Source: Planctomycetota bacterium
GTDB taxonomy: Bacteria; Planctomycetota; UBA8108; UBA1146
Direction: 5' to 3'
DNA: 64,000 nucleotides
NCBI GenBank assembly: GCA_028825265.1
Contig: JAPKAM010000001.1
Coordinates: forward strand, 386 to 64,385
This document shows, in pieces, positions 1-9,819 of this stretch (the stretch's first letter is position 1; every line of letters starts with the position of its first letter). The position numbers and the translations under genes were made by a program. The notes below the pieces were generated by a model. It was not told the origin of the DNA and did not search any database. It saw only the letters and a list, made by a program, of their open reading frames with translations.

Positions 1-893
1 TCAATCCACCTTCGAGGACCCCTGAAGCGACCGCCGCTTCGATGGAACCCTGCTCGCGAATCCGATTGATGGCTCTCATGTGGTGGGAATGGCCATGCTC
101 GACGACACTTCCATCGGTCACCGATACGCCGAGACTGGTTCCATGCAGTTGTGATTCGATGTCATGGACCGCCAGTGCATTGCCGCTCAGTACCGCATCG
201 ACCCAGCCGGCAGCGACCAGTTGAGCCAGATCATTCGCGGCTCCGGTATGAACCACCACTGGACCCGGTACCCAGACGATTTTCTTGCCATTTTCCCTGG
301 CGGCTCTAGCCAGTTCAACCACCGCCCGGATTTGAACTTCGGCTCGCCGCTCGGACGAAACATCGTTGGACATGAAAGCGAATGCAGGACGAGACTCATC
401 GGCGACCTCGGCACGGATGCGCACACCATCCATTCCGATCGCCACCTCATCCCCGACCTGCACGTCGCGCAACTTGGTGCAAGCCAGGAGTCCTTCGCGG
501 CGCGTGATGCAGCCGTCCATTCGCTGCTGTGGGATGACTTGCCAGTCCGCTCCGTCGAAAACTTCAGTGTGGTGGTGAGTCGTGCTGTAGAAACCCTCGG
601 GAGCGACTCCAGCGGCGCTGGCTGGCTGCCATTTCACCGGATCTTCACTATGCTCCCCCGAATTACCGCGTTCCTCGAATCCGAGGGCGATCAGGGCGTC
701 GACCAGGGCGTTCCCGTCGGCCACATCCGTGGCGGTCACCAGAATCTGTAGATCCTCGTCGGTCAGTCGACGCACCTCGACATCGCCAGGATGCTGCCCT
801 GCGGCCTGAAAGGCAGCCGTCATCAATGAGCGGAAATCTTTTCCCGCTGCGGCGAACAGGTTCTTTTCGAAAGTAGCGGACATCGTGAGACTA
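1..893 (-). CDS. Partial CDS whose C-terminal part lies beyond the left edge. Conserved hypothetical enzyme, possibly LOR/SDH-type (TIGR00300-like). N-terminus reads MSATFEKNLFAAAGKDFRSLM...
   Basis: Reverse-complement frame is open from the ATG (complement of 891-893) to the window edge with no stops. It contains a conserved-looking block ...ENGKKIVWVPGPVVVHTGAANDLAQLVAAGWVDAVLSGNALAVHDIE. The + strand ORF 164..751 is its antisense shadow. Confidence 0.45.
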
Positions 894-1003
894 TTCCCTG
901 TGCTTCCGACCCGAGTCCCGTCACCCTGTCGGGACCGCAGGATAGCACGACTACTTGCTCAGGCGAGAAGTCCCCGCAGGTTCGCGCAGGAAAGGTAGCT
1001 CAC

Positions 1004-2797
1004 TTGCTTCCCAGTCGAAGGCACTCCCCCGGCGACACCACCGATGCGGGGAGTTCACACGACGAGACCCGGCCGTTGAAGGTTCCTCGCCTCGACCAGA
1101 TCGGTTCCTTCTCCATCGAGGAGAAGATCGGTGAGGGCGGAATGGGCGTGGTCTATCGTGCCCGCGATCCGCGGTTGCAGCGAACCGTCGCCATCAAGCG
1201 GATCCATCCTCGCTTGCAAGAGAGCGTCGACATCCGAGAGCGGTTTCTGACCGAGGCTCGAGCCATCGCTGCCGTCAGTCACCCGAACATCGGCCAGATT
1301 CACGCCATCCACGAGGATGAAGATCCTCCCTATCTGGTGATGGAATTCCTCGAGGGGCCCAGCTTCGAGATCCAGGTCGAAAAACACGGCCCCCTGTCAT
1401 CTGCGGAAACGATCCGCATCGCCATCTCTGCCGCTCATGCGCTACGTGCTGCAGTCAGAAGCGGCATCATTCACAGAGACGTGAAACCATCGAACCTGCT
1501 GCAAGATGCTCGGGGAGTCGTCAAACTGGTGGACTTCGGGCTGGCCGGAAACCTCGGCGAAAATCCTCAAGACGATCCAGAATTATTGTGCACTCCCCAG
1601 TACGGATCTCCCGAACAGATCCAGGGTTGGGCTCTCGACGAGCGCTCGGACATCTACAGTCTCGGTGCCACGATGTTTCACTTGCTCACCGGGAAGCCGC
1701 CCTTTGAACGAGAATCTCGGGTCGATTTGATGGTCGCCCAGGTCAACGAACCCGCCAAGTTTCCTTCGTCCCTTCGTTCAGACATCCATCCGGAACTGGC
1801 ACTGCTGATCCTTCGGATGCTGGAGAAGCGTCCGGAAGATCGACCCCATGACCATGGTGAACTACTGACGGAGTTGGAGCAGTTACAGCGGAAGATCGCC
1901 CCCCCCGCCAGAACTCGTCTGACCGTTAGGCAGATCTCGCTGGCAGTGACACTGCTCCTCGGCGCCATCCTGCTGGGGACCTTCTGGCCCGAACCTCGAT
2001 CAGAAACCGGGATCCAGGTCGATGGCACCCTGCGGGGGATCCTCTCCAGTGCGGCCCCCTACGAACTACTCTCCTACGATTTCGATGGGGGCGGAGATCG
2101 CATCGAACGTTTCTTCAGATTTCCCGCCCTCCCCGAGAATGCCGGGGGGCATGTCCAGATCGCTCCCGTGGTCCGCGACGGCACATTACTGTGGGCTAAT
2201 GATCCACGTGCGATCTCCTTTCCTTACCTGAAGGAACTACGCAGGTGGCGCATCGATGGACTACGTTGCCTCGGCACTCCCGATCTGGAACTGAGAACGG
2301 CTCAGGATCCGGAACGACCCGGAGATCGACTGCGGATCGGTCTGGCGGTGGGACGCGGTGTCGCTCCGCGCATCGAGGTACTTCAAGGTGGAATACCCGT
2401 TCCCATCGAGGTGGAACAGCAATCGCAACTGACATTCATCCGGGAGGGTGTCGATCATTCCATCACCCTCGATCGAAGACCCTCCGAGGACCCTACGCGG
2501 GCCAGATACCGCCTCCAGATCTCGCGTCAGGACGGTTCCACAGATCTCGAATCCGCCAATCTCAACTCCGCCAATCTCGACTCCGCCAATCTCAATCCCA
2601 CCGATCTCAATCCGACCGGACTCATTTCGACCGTGACCTTCACTTTGCCAGTCGATGCGATTCCACGGGGAGCTCCTGCGATTCGTTGTGAAGGAGATCT
2701 GGCACGCTGGAATACTCGCATCGGCAGGGTACAAATTCTTGGTCTCCTCGACCGGGATCGCATCATGCGTAGCTGGATCCTGGAGGGCGGACCTTGA
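1004..2797 (+). CDS. Membrane Ser/Thr protein kinase (Hanks type) with one TM segment and C-terminal pentapeptide repeats
   Basis: Kinase motifs are present: GEGGMGVVYRARD (Gly-rich loop), AIKRI (Lys), HRDVKPSNLL (catalytic loop), DFGLA, SPEQ. TM segment ISLAVTLLLGAILLGTFW. Pentapeptide repeats ANLNSANLDSANLNPTDLNP are encoded by 15-bp DNA tandem repeats near 2530-2620. The start (TTG at 1004) is uncertain. Confidence 0.85.
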   Translation: MLPSRRHSPGDTTDAGSSHDETRPLKVPRLDQIGSFSIEEKIGEGGMGVVYRARDPRLQRTVAIKRIHPRLQESVDIRERFLTEARAIAAVSHPNIGQIHAIHEDEDPPYLVMEFLEGPSFEIQVEKHGPLSSAETIRIAISAAHALRAAVRSGIIHRDVKPSNLLQDARGVVKLVDFGLAGNLGENPQDDPELLCTPQYGSPEQIQGWALDERSDIYSLGATMFHLLTGKPPFERESRVDLMVAQVNEPAKFPSSLRSDIHPELALLILRMLEKRPEDRPHDHGELLTELEQLQRKIAPPARTRLTVRQISLAVTLLLGAILLGTFWPEPRSETGIQVDGTLRGILSSAAPYELLSYDFDGGGDRIERFFRFPALPENAGGHVQIAPVVRDGTLLWANDPRAISFPYLKELRRWRIDGLRCLGTPDLELRTAQDPERPGDRLRIGLAVGRGVAPRIEVLQGGIPVPIEVEQQSQLTFIREGVDHSITLDRRPSEDPTRARYRLQISRQDGSTDLESANLNSANLDSANLNPTDLNPTGLISTVTFTLPVDAIPRGAPAIRCEGDLARWNTRIGRVQILGLLDRDRIMRSWILEGGP

Positions 2798-4665
2798 GCA
2801 CTAGCCTCCACATCTGTACTCCTTCCGGCGGTTTTTATGTCGTCGAGATCTCGGTCGAACAAGCGATGAATGATGGACTGGTCATCGGCCGGGATCCCGG
2901 TGCTGACGTGACCATCGACGATGACGCTGCGAGTCGCTTTCACGCCCGCTTGAGTTGTAAGGACCAACGCTGGTACATAGTCGACCTGGAGTCATCCAAC
3001 GGCACCTATCTCAACAATGATCCTGTCCGACAATCGGAACTCGCACCTGGCGACTTGCTCGCCATCGGAGATAGCGAGATCCGACTCGAAGCGGCGATCT
3101 CAACCGCCTCGGAATCCCTTTCCAGAACCCAGGTAGTGCACCGAATCGATGTCGCTCCCGAGGAGTTGGACGGCAAACGAGCCGCCCAGGTGCTGGGAGC
3201 CCTGCACTCCTGCGCCCCGCTGTTGGGTCGCTCAGCCGAGGAGAACTCAGCGCGCCTGGAGAAAGGTCTACGGCTGCTGGTCGAAGGCACGAATGCGGAT
3301 CGGGGGGCCATCTTGATCAGTGAAAAAGAAGGTTGGCTCTGTCGCTCTGCATGGTCGCGTAGCGGAACCCCGATGCATGGATTCGTTCTGAGCCACACGA
3401 TTCACAGCGAGGTGATGCAATCCCGGCGAGCCGTGATCTCGCGTGACACCACCGAAGATCTCCGATTTGCGGACCGCCGGAGCGTCGTCGGAGATGAAAT
3501 TCGCTCGGTGATCGCGGCTCCGATCCCGGTCCACGATGGAATCGGAGGGATTCTTTACCTCGACCGCCTCGACGGAGACCAAAGACCCTTCGGCGACGAG
3601 GAATTGTGGGGCTCTGGAGTCGCTGCAGGAATCATCGGAGCGGGCTTCTCGGTCGGTGAAGAATTGATCGAGTTGTCCAGCGATCGTAAAGAACTGGTTC
3701 GAACCGTGATCGACTCGATGCCCATCATCGGGAACTCGCCGCAAATCGATCAAGTTCGCAACTTCATAAGAAAAACAGCTCCGACTGAAGGCACCGTGCT
3801 GATCCGGGGAGAAACCGGCACCGGTAAGGAACTGGTCGCCAGGGCGATCCACTACCAGGGCAGTCGTGCTGCGGCTCCCTTCATCGCGATGAACTGTGCC
3901 GCAATTCCTGAAAACCTGGTCGAGAGTGAACTGTTCGGCCACGAGAAAGGTGCCTTCACCGGTGCCGATCAGCGAAAGGCTGGCAAGTTCGAGGCCGGAT
4001 CGGGAGGAACAGTCTTCCTCGATGAAATCGGGGAACTGCCCACCTCTGCACAGTCTAAGATGCTCAGGTTACTCGAGGAAAAAAGATTCGAACGAGTCGG
4101 TGGCAACAACTCCGTCGAGGTCGATGTGAGAATCGTCGCCGCCACCCACCGTGACCTGCAAGAAGAGGTCGCACAGGGTCGCTTTCGTGAAGACCTGTAC
4201 TATCGACTTGCGGTGCTCGAAGTGGTGGTGCCGCCGCTCCGTGATCGACCCGGTGACATCGACTTGCTGGCAGAACACTTTCTCGATCTCTGCTGTGGGA
4301 GAAGTCGCCAGCGCAAGCAACTTTCTCGCAATGCCATGACTGCGATGCGGTTGCATTCGTGGCCTGGCAATGTTCGCCAGTTGAGAAATGTCATCGAGAG
4401 TGCCGTGATCCTGTCTCCCTCAACATTACTGGAAGTGGATGATCTTCGTCTCGATCACACCGCCAGCCGAAAGCCAAATCCATCGCCGACCCCGGAGTGG
4501 CAACCGGTCTCGATGAAGGAACTGGAGAGAGAGCACATCGCTCGGGTGCTCAATCATGTGAACTGGAACAAGAAGCGCGCGGCAGAAATTCTTGGAATCG
4601 AACGCTCCACGCTGTACTCGAGAATTCGCAACCTGGATCTGGAGCCGAGTAAGGGTCCCTCATGA
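2794..4665 (+). CDS. Sigma-54-dependent transcriptional activator with FHA, GAF, AAA+ (sigma54 interaction) and Fis-type HTH domains
   Basis: FHA motif VIGRDPGADVTIDD...SRFHARL...SSNGTYLN. Walker A GETGTGKE. Intact GAFTGA (GHEKGAFTGA). ESELFGHEKG. C-terminal HTH AAEILGIERSTLYSRI. Its ATG overlaps the kinase stop (ATGA at 2794-2797). Confidence 0.9.
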   Translation: MSTSLHICTPSGGFYVVEISVEQAMNDGLVIGRDPGADVTIDDDAASRFHARLSCKDQRWYIVDLESSNGTYLNNDPVRQSELAPGDLLAIGDSEIRLEAAISTASESLSRTQVVHRIDVAPEELDGKRAAQVLGALHSCAPLLGRSAEENSARLEKGLRLLVEGTNADRGAILISEKEGWLCRSAWSRSGTPMHGFVLSHTIHSEVMQSRRAVISRDTTEDLRFADRRSVVGDEIRSVIAAPIPVHDGIGGILYLDRLDGDQRPFGDEELWGSGVAAGIIGAGFSVGEELIELSSDRKELVRTVIDSMPIIGNSPQIDQVRNFIRKTAPTEGTVLIRGETGTGKELVARAIHYQGSRAAAPFIAMNCAAIPENLVESELFGHEKGAFTGADQRKAGKFEAGSGGTVFLDEIGELPTSAQSKMLRLLEEKRFERVGGNNSVEVDVRIVAATHRDLQEEVAQGRFREDLYYRLAVLEVVVPPLRDRPGDIDLLAEHFLDLCCGRSRQRKQLSRNAMTAMRLHSWPGNVRQLRNVIESAVILSPSTLLEVDDLRLDHTASRKPNPSPTPEWQPVSMKELEREHIARVLNHVNWNKKRAAEILGIERSTLYSRIRNLDLEPSKGPS

Positions 4666-5435
4666 TTCCCGTGATGCTCGCCTCCTGGATCGGATTGTTG
4701 CTGCCATTGCCGCAATCCGATCAGTCGATGATTCCCGCCGGACAGATCCCGGTAGGCATCTTGCTTCAGGGCTGGAGCCTGGCCACCGATCAGCAGGTGA
4801 TCTCGGAGAGTTCAATCCTGGGCCATCGATCGATCCTGTTATTGCGACCGCTGGCCCTTTCCACCTCGACCAGCACCATGCTCCTGAGAGCACAACTGAA
4901 GCAAGCGGGCATCGAACTGAAGCCGATCCGCCGCGGACTGGTTCGTGGTCCCCACTGGGCCACCACCGATCCTGACGCAGAGCCGCCGCTGGCTCGCTAT
5001 CAGATCCGGGTGATCCCGCTCCAGCACCTGGATCCGGAACCGATCTGCCAATTACTACGAGAAGACGCTCGCAAGCGCGAGCAAGAGATCGGACCGCTCG
5101 ATCGGTACAGTCGCTTTGTTGCCGATCCTCGGACCGGCTCGGTCATCATCTCCTGTACCTCTGCTCGGCGTCTCGAACAGTACCTGAAACTGCTCTCCGC
5201 GGCAGACTGTCCACCGGTGGCGGGGACCCAAAGGCCCGTGCTCCGCAACTGGTCCACCCGCTTTGGCCGCGCCAAGGAACTGGCCCTGGAACTGGATCGA
5301 GCCTGGAAAGAGCGCGGCGGACGGCCGATTCACGTGGTCGCCCATCGAGCCTCCAATAGCCTCATGATCCGGCTGCCCAAGCACCTCTGGCCCGCCGTCG
5401 AGAAGCTCCTCGATCAACTGGATCGCCCTTCCTGA
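4662..5435 (+). CDS. Hypothetical exported protein with one Secretin_N (NolW-like) type domain; possible T2SS accessory protein
   Basis: N-terminal hydrophobic signal or anchor MIPVMLASWIGLLLPLP. The segment YQIRVIPLQHLDPEPICQLLRE...DPRTGSVIISCTSARRLEQYLKLLSAAD follows the secretin-N domain pattern. Its start overlaps the activator stop by 4 bp. Confidence 0.45.
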   Translation: MIPVMLASWIGLLLPLPQSDQSMIPAGQIPVGILLQGWSLATDQQVISESSILGHRSILLLRPLALSTSTSTMLLRAQLKQAGIELKPIRRGLVRGPHWATTDPDAEPPLARYQIRVIPLQHLDPEPICQLLREDARKREQEIGPLDRYSRFVADPRTGSVIISCTSARRLEQYLKLLSAADCPPVAGTQRPVLRNWSTRFGRAKELALELDRAWKERGGRPIHVVAHRASNSLMIRLPKHLWPAVEKLLDQLDRPS

Positions 5436-5570
5436 GAGCCACTCTTGCCGGCTCCGTTGTGTTCGATTATCAAACACTCTCCACCCCAGATCAGTCAGAA
5501 GATCTCTCGTGATGGTTACCGGAATATGCATAACTCCTTTAATAAAATAAAGTTGTGGAACTTGCCCGGT

Positions 5571-5597
5571 TGGCATGGACGGGCATTTCATTTGCGT
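5571..5597 (+). promoter_or_regulatory. Candidate sigma-54 promoter (-24 GG / -12 GC) upstream of gspD
   Basis: Sequence TTGGCATGGACGGGCATTTCATTTGCG. GG at 5582-5583 and GC at 5594-5595 are 10 nt apart (GGGCAT-N5-TTGC), and an overlapping TGGCAT lies at 5572-5577. An AT-rich tract (TTTAATAAAATAAAG) lies just upstream. The site is ~150 nt 5' of the secretin ORF. Confidence 0.35.
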
Positions 5598-5745
5598 AAT
5601 GATGCTCAGACCAGTGTTTCCTCGCACTTGAGGAACCCAGAGGTCGACAGCGCGGCCTCGTGTTGGATCTTTCCCGCCAGAGGAATCCTGGATCTCCCCG
5701 AAAGAGATTTCCCGATCCAGCCGATCAAAGGAAACAAGAGTCGCC

Positions 5746-8100
5746 ATGAACCCGACGACGGAAGGGTGTGTCATAATGGCCCGCAATTCGAAGGTCTCCA
5801 CAAGCGAGACCCTGATCTTTACCTCCTGGATGGCCCCATTGGCCCTTCTGGTACTGTTCATCACCCTCAGCATCGTACTTCCAACTGCCATGCTGGCTCA
5901 GGATCCTCCCGATCCCGTCTCCGAAGAAGAGACGAGCGAGGAAACGGCCCGCGAAGGAGCCGCCACTGCTGCCGGAGCGAACGATTCGGATGTCTCCAAC
6001 CCGGCCATGTACCGAATGGAAGAAGGCAAGTTCCCCGTTCTGAGCCTGATGCGCTTCATCCAGCGCACCTCTGGCAAGTTCGTGAACTATCCCTCCGCTG
6101 GCAAAGATCCTGCATTTGCAGAGGAAACATTTGTCGATGTGGTGGGCGATGTCGATCCGCTGACCTATCCCATCGTCCAGGCGATTCTCGAGACCAACGG
6201 TTACGAGTTGTGGGAAAGCACACTCGATGACGGCACCGTGGTGATCAACGTCCGAGCAACCACCGCACGGACCCAGCCGCCCTCTGATCCGGTCAGCCCC
6301 ATCATCGAGGCGGGTTCCGATCAGGTCTCCGAGTCCGGCGATGAACTAGCAACGCTGGTCCTGCAACTGAAGCATGTCGAGACTGCAGTGGTTCGTCAGG
6401 CTCTCCAAGAGTTGCTCGGAATCCAGGGTGCCGGAAGTCAGAGTGGCAGTCTCAAGATTGTGACCGTGACCAATAACGAAACCCTCATCATCAAGGCCAA
6501 GATGCGCGTTCTCGATCACATCCAACGACTGGTCGAATACATCGATGTCGAGGTCCGTGGTCCCGAAGAGTTGCTCGTCATTCGCGAACTTTTTTACGCC
6601 GATGCCCAAGATATCGTGAGCATTGTCCAGGAAGCACTGAGTGACACATCATCCGCTGGATCCACGGGTCGTAGGACCTCAACTCCAACCTCCCAGGCAG
6701 GACGTGGCGGCAGCACCGCCAACCGGGGTTCAGTCGGTCGCGGAACTGGGCAAGTGGGAGAATCGACCCGCTTGATCGCTGACAATCGCACCCAAAAGAT
6801 TCTGATCCAGTCCTCGGACCCGGCAGAACTCGATCTGGTTCACCAGTTGATCGACGAACTCGACACCAAGGTGAGAAACATCCGCAACACAACCTGGATC
6901 TACAAGGTCAACTACCTCAAGGCAGAGGAACTGGCGGATAACATCCGGCAATTGGTCGAAGGATCGGAAGGATCCCTGCGCCGTGGATCCTCCAGCCGTG
7001 GCGGCACGAGCCGAACCTCCGGCCGAGGAACCACTGGTGGAGCCGGCGGAGTGCAGCAACAACAACAGTTCACTCCAACGCGGATCGTGCCCCACGAACA
7101 AACCAACTCGTTGATCATCCAGGCCGAGCCGGAAGAGTACGAACAGATCGAGGCCATCCTGAAACAGATCGACAAGCGTCGTCGTCAGGTATTCCTCGAG
7201 GTCGCCCTGGTGCAGGTGAAGGACAGTTCCAGTCTCAACTACACCCTCGAATTCCTCGCCGGAAACCTCGATGACCAGGCACTGACCGGCATCCTCTTGA
7301 GCTCCTTCGGTGCCAGTGAGGTCATCCCCAATGTCGATCCCAATGGCGTGATCACTGGAGTCAACAGAATCCCCGGCATCGGCGGGGCAGGACTCAACGC
7401 AATACTCCAGCAGGACGGTCAGTTCCCGTTGATCATGAGTGCCTTGAAGTCCGATGAGGATTCCAACATCCTCGCCACGCCGTTCATCCTGGCGGACGAC
7501 AATCAGGAGAACTCGATCTCGGTTCAAAACGAGATCTTCTACACCAGTTCTAACACCACCAACGTCAACACCACCACTTCTCAGCAATCAGAAAGTGCCG
7601 GAATCACTCTGTCACTGATCCCCACCATTTCCAGTGAGGTCGTACTGCTGGAGCTAGAGTTGGAAGTGTCTTCCTTCTCAGGGGTCTCCAACTCAACCGG
7701 CGCCCTCCCCGATCGATCGACGAATATCATCAGTTCAAAGGTGACGATTCCAGACGGCGGAATGTTCATCATCGGTGGATTGGCTCAAATGGCCGAATCG
7801 GAGGTCAAGAGCAAGGTACCCCTGCTGGGAGATCTTCCCTTCATCGGCACCCTGTTCCAGTCGAGTGGCTCTAACTCTACACGTGACAACCTGTACGTGT
7901 TCCTGAGTGCACACATCCTCGATGATGATCACTTCAATAATCTCGGCGACTTCACCAAGGACGCGATCCACGGGGTCCGTTCCTTCCAGGATGATCTGAG
8001 ACTTCAGCAGTTCACCGATCCAAATAACAAACGCGACCAGCAACTCGCTCCCTTGATCCGGCCAGGACTGACAGCCACCGAGGCGGAGAAAACACCATGA
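5746..8100 (+). CDS. gspD: Type II secretion system secretin GspD (N0-N3 domains plus secretin domain)
   Basis: Signal-like N-terminus. Repeated secretin-N modules (e.g. TWIYKVNYLKAEELADNIRQL). Canonical secretin motif VPLLGDLPFIGTLFQ and ...NLYVFLSAHIL. Confidence 0.9.
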   Translation: MNPTTEGCVIMARNSKVSTSETLIFTSWMAPLALLVLFITLSIVLPTAMLAQDPPDPVSEEETSEETAREGAATAAGANDSDVSNPAMYRMEEGKFPVLSLMRFIQRTSGKFVNYPSAGKDPAFAEETFVDVVGDVDPLTYPIVQAILETNGYELWESTLDDGTVVINVRATTARTQPPSDPVSPIIEAGSDQVSESGDELATLVLQLKHVETAVVRQALQELLGIQGAGSQSGSLKIVTVTNNETLIIKAKMRVLDHIQRLVEYIDVEVRGPEELLVIRELFYADAQDIVSIVQEALSDTSSAGSTGRRTSTPTSQAGRGGSTANRGSVGRGTGQVGESTRLIADNRTQKILIQSSDPAELDLVHQLIDELDTKVRNIRNTTWIYKVNYLKAEELADNIRQLVEGSEGSLRRGSSSRGGTSRTSGRGTTGGAGGVQQQQQFTPTRIVPHEQTNSLIIQAEPEEYEQIEAILKQIDKRRRQVFLEVALVQVKDSSSLNYTLEFLAGNLDDQALTGILLSSFGASEVIPNVDPNGVITGVNRIPGIGGAGLNAILQQDGQFPLIMSALKSDEDSNILATPFILADDNQENSISVQNEIFYTSSNTTNVNTTTSQQSESAGITLSLIPTISSEVVLLELELEVSSFSGVSNSTGALPDRSTNIISSKVTIPDGGMFIIGGLAQMAESEVKSKVPLLGDLPFIGTLFQSSGSNSTRDNLYVFLSAHILDDDHFNNLGDFTKDAIHGVRSFQDDLRLQQFTDPNNKRDQQLAPLIRPGLTATEAEKTP

Positions 8101-9800
8101 GACTCTCCCTCTTCAGCGACCTGATCGAAGAAGGACTCCTCAGCGAGGATCAATTGAACGAGTGCCAGCAGGAGGAACGCTCCACCGGCAAGGCACTCGA
8201 CAAGATCCTGCGTGAGAAGGGCTATGTCACCGAGGTGGCTCTGCTGGAGGCGCTGTCGAAGAGGCTACGCATCCCGTACCTCGCTGATCTCAGCGATTGC
8301 ACTGTACCTACAGAATTCACCCACATGGTGCCGCCACAGTTTGCGCGCACCTACAACCTGGTCGCCGTCAGCGAGACCCCGGGAGTGATTCATATCGCCA
8401 CCTGTGATCCGCTCGATGTCCAACCGATGGATGACCTCGCTGCAATGGTCGGAAGAGTCATCGAGCCGGTGATCTCCCCTCGCGCGGAAATCATCGCATT
8501 GATCAACCGAGCGTTCCAAAAATCGAGTGCAGATGTGGACGAACTTCTCGAGGGTCTCGACGAAGACGACCTGATCGGAATCGCCGCAGAAATCGACGAG
8601 ACTGAAGACGTACTCGATATCGCCAACAAGGCTCCGATCATCAAACTGATGAACACGATCATGTTCGAGGCGCAAAAGAACCGAGCATCCGACATTCACC
8701 TGCAGCCTTTTTCCGATCGGCTCCAGGTCAGGTATCGCATCGATGGAATTCTTTACGACACCAAGGTTATTCCCAAGAAGATCCAGGACGCACTCGTTTC
8801 CAGGGTCAAGGTGATGGGAAAGATGGATATCGCAGAGCGAAGGCTCCCTCAGGATGGTCGAACCTCACTCAGGGTCGGAGACGGCGAACTGGACGTGAGG
8901 ATTTCCTCGGTGCCAACCAGTTACGGCGAGAGAATCGTGTTCCGCCTTCTCGACAAGACGGCACGCCTCTACGAACTTGAAGAGATCGGACTCGATCGAG
9001 AGAACTACCTGATACTCGAAAAACTGATCAACTCTTCCCACGGAATCTTGCTGGTCACAGGACCAACCGGTTCTGGAAAGACCACGACCCTCTATGCCGG
9101 CCTGGCCGAGATGGACTCGCAAGAACTGAACATCATCACCATCGAAGATCCCATCGAATACAACCTCGATACCATCAGCCAGATTCAGGTTTCGACCAAG
9201 AAGGGTCTCACCTTCGCCTCCGGACTTCGATCGCTGATGCGTCAGGATCCGGATGTGATGATGGTGGGAGAGATTCGAGACGAGGAAACAGCCGGAATCG
9301 CTGTACAGGCATCGAATACCGGACACCTAGTCTTCTCTACCCTACACACCAATGATTCCGCCGGTGCGGTGACTCGAATGATCGATCTCGGAGTCGAACC
9401 TTATCTGGTTTCATCTTCGCTGATTGGCGTGGTTGCCCAGCGACTGGTGAGAGTGATCTGTCAACGTTGCAAGGAATCCTATGAGCCAGAAGCTAGCGAG
9501 CTCGCGAATCTTGGGCTAACCCGAGATGAACTGCTCGAAGGCATGCTCTATCGCGGTCGAGGCTGTGAAAATTGCCTGGGTAGAGGCTACTACGACCGGA
9601 CCGCCATCTACGAGATCCTGACCATCAATGAAACCATTCGAGATCAGATCATCGCACGCACCAGTGCCTCGGTGATCAAGCAGGTCGCCGTCGAATCCGG
9701 TCACCTGAAAACCTTACGTATGGACGGAGCCAAGAAAGTGGCTCTGGGAATCACCACGACCGATGAAGTTTTTCGAGTCACCCAGATGGATGTCTTCTAG
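8097..9800 (+). CDS. gspE: Type II secretion ATPase GspE (GspE_N domain plus secretion NTPase)
   Basis: Walker A GPTGSGKTTTLYA. Asp/His boxes; TGHLVFSTLHTNDSAGAVTRMIDLGVEPYLV. Tetracysteine motif CQRC...CENC. ATGA overlap with gspD. Confidence 0.92.
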   Translation: MRLSLFSDLIEEGLLSEDQLNECQQEERSTGKALDKILREKGYVTEVALLEALSKRLRIPYLADLSDCTVPTEFTHMVPPQFARTYNLVAVSETPGVIHIATCDPLDVQPMDDLAAMVGRVIEPVISPRAEIIALINRAFQKSSADVDELLEGLDEDDLIGIAAEIDETEDVLDIANKAPIIKLMNTIMFEAQKNRASDIHLQPFSDRLQVRYRIDGILYDTKVIPKKIQDALVSRVKVMGKMDIAERRLPQDGRTSLRVGDGELDVRISSVPTSYGERIVFRLLDKTARLYELEEIGLDRENYLILEKLINSSHGILLVTGPTGSGKTTTLYAGLAEMDSQELNIITIEDPIEYNLDTISQIQVSTKKGLTFASGLRSLMRQDPDVMMVGEIRDEETAGIAVQASNTGHLVFSTLHTNDSAGAVTRMIDLGVEPYLVSSSLIGVVAQRLVRVICQRCKESYEPEASELANLGLTRDELLEGMLYRGRGCENCLGRGYYDRTAIYEILTINETIRDQIIARTSASVIKQVAVESGHLKTLRMDGAKKVALGITTTDEVFRVTQMDVF

Positions 9801-9819
9801 AAGTTAGCCAGGAGCGCGG

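Noticed and set aside
164-751. 195-aa + strand ORF (and 187..450 - ORF)
   Set aside because: It is an antisense shadow of the real - strand gene that runs from 893 off the left edge. The composition is non-protein-like (Arg/Pro/Ser-rich), which is typical of high-GC frames.
6730-7587. 285-aa - strand ORF
   Set aside because: Antisense to gspD. Low-complexity translation (D/G/V-rich). It is a shadow ORF.
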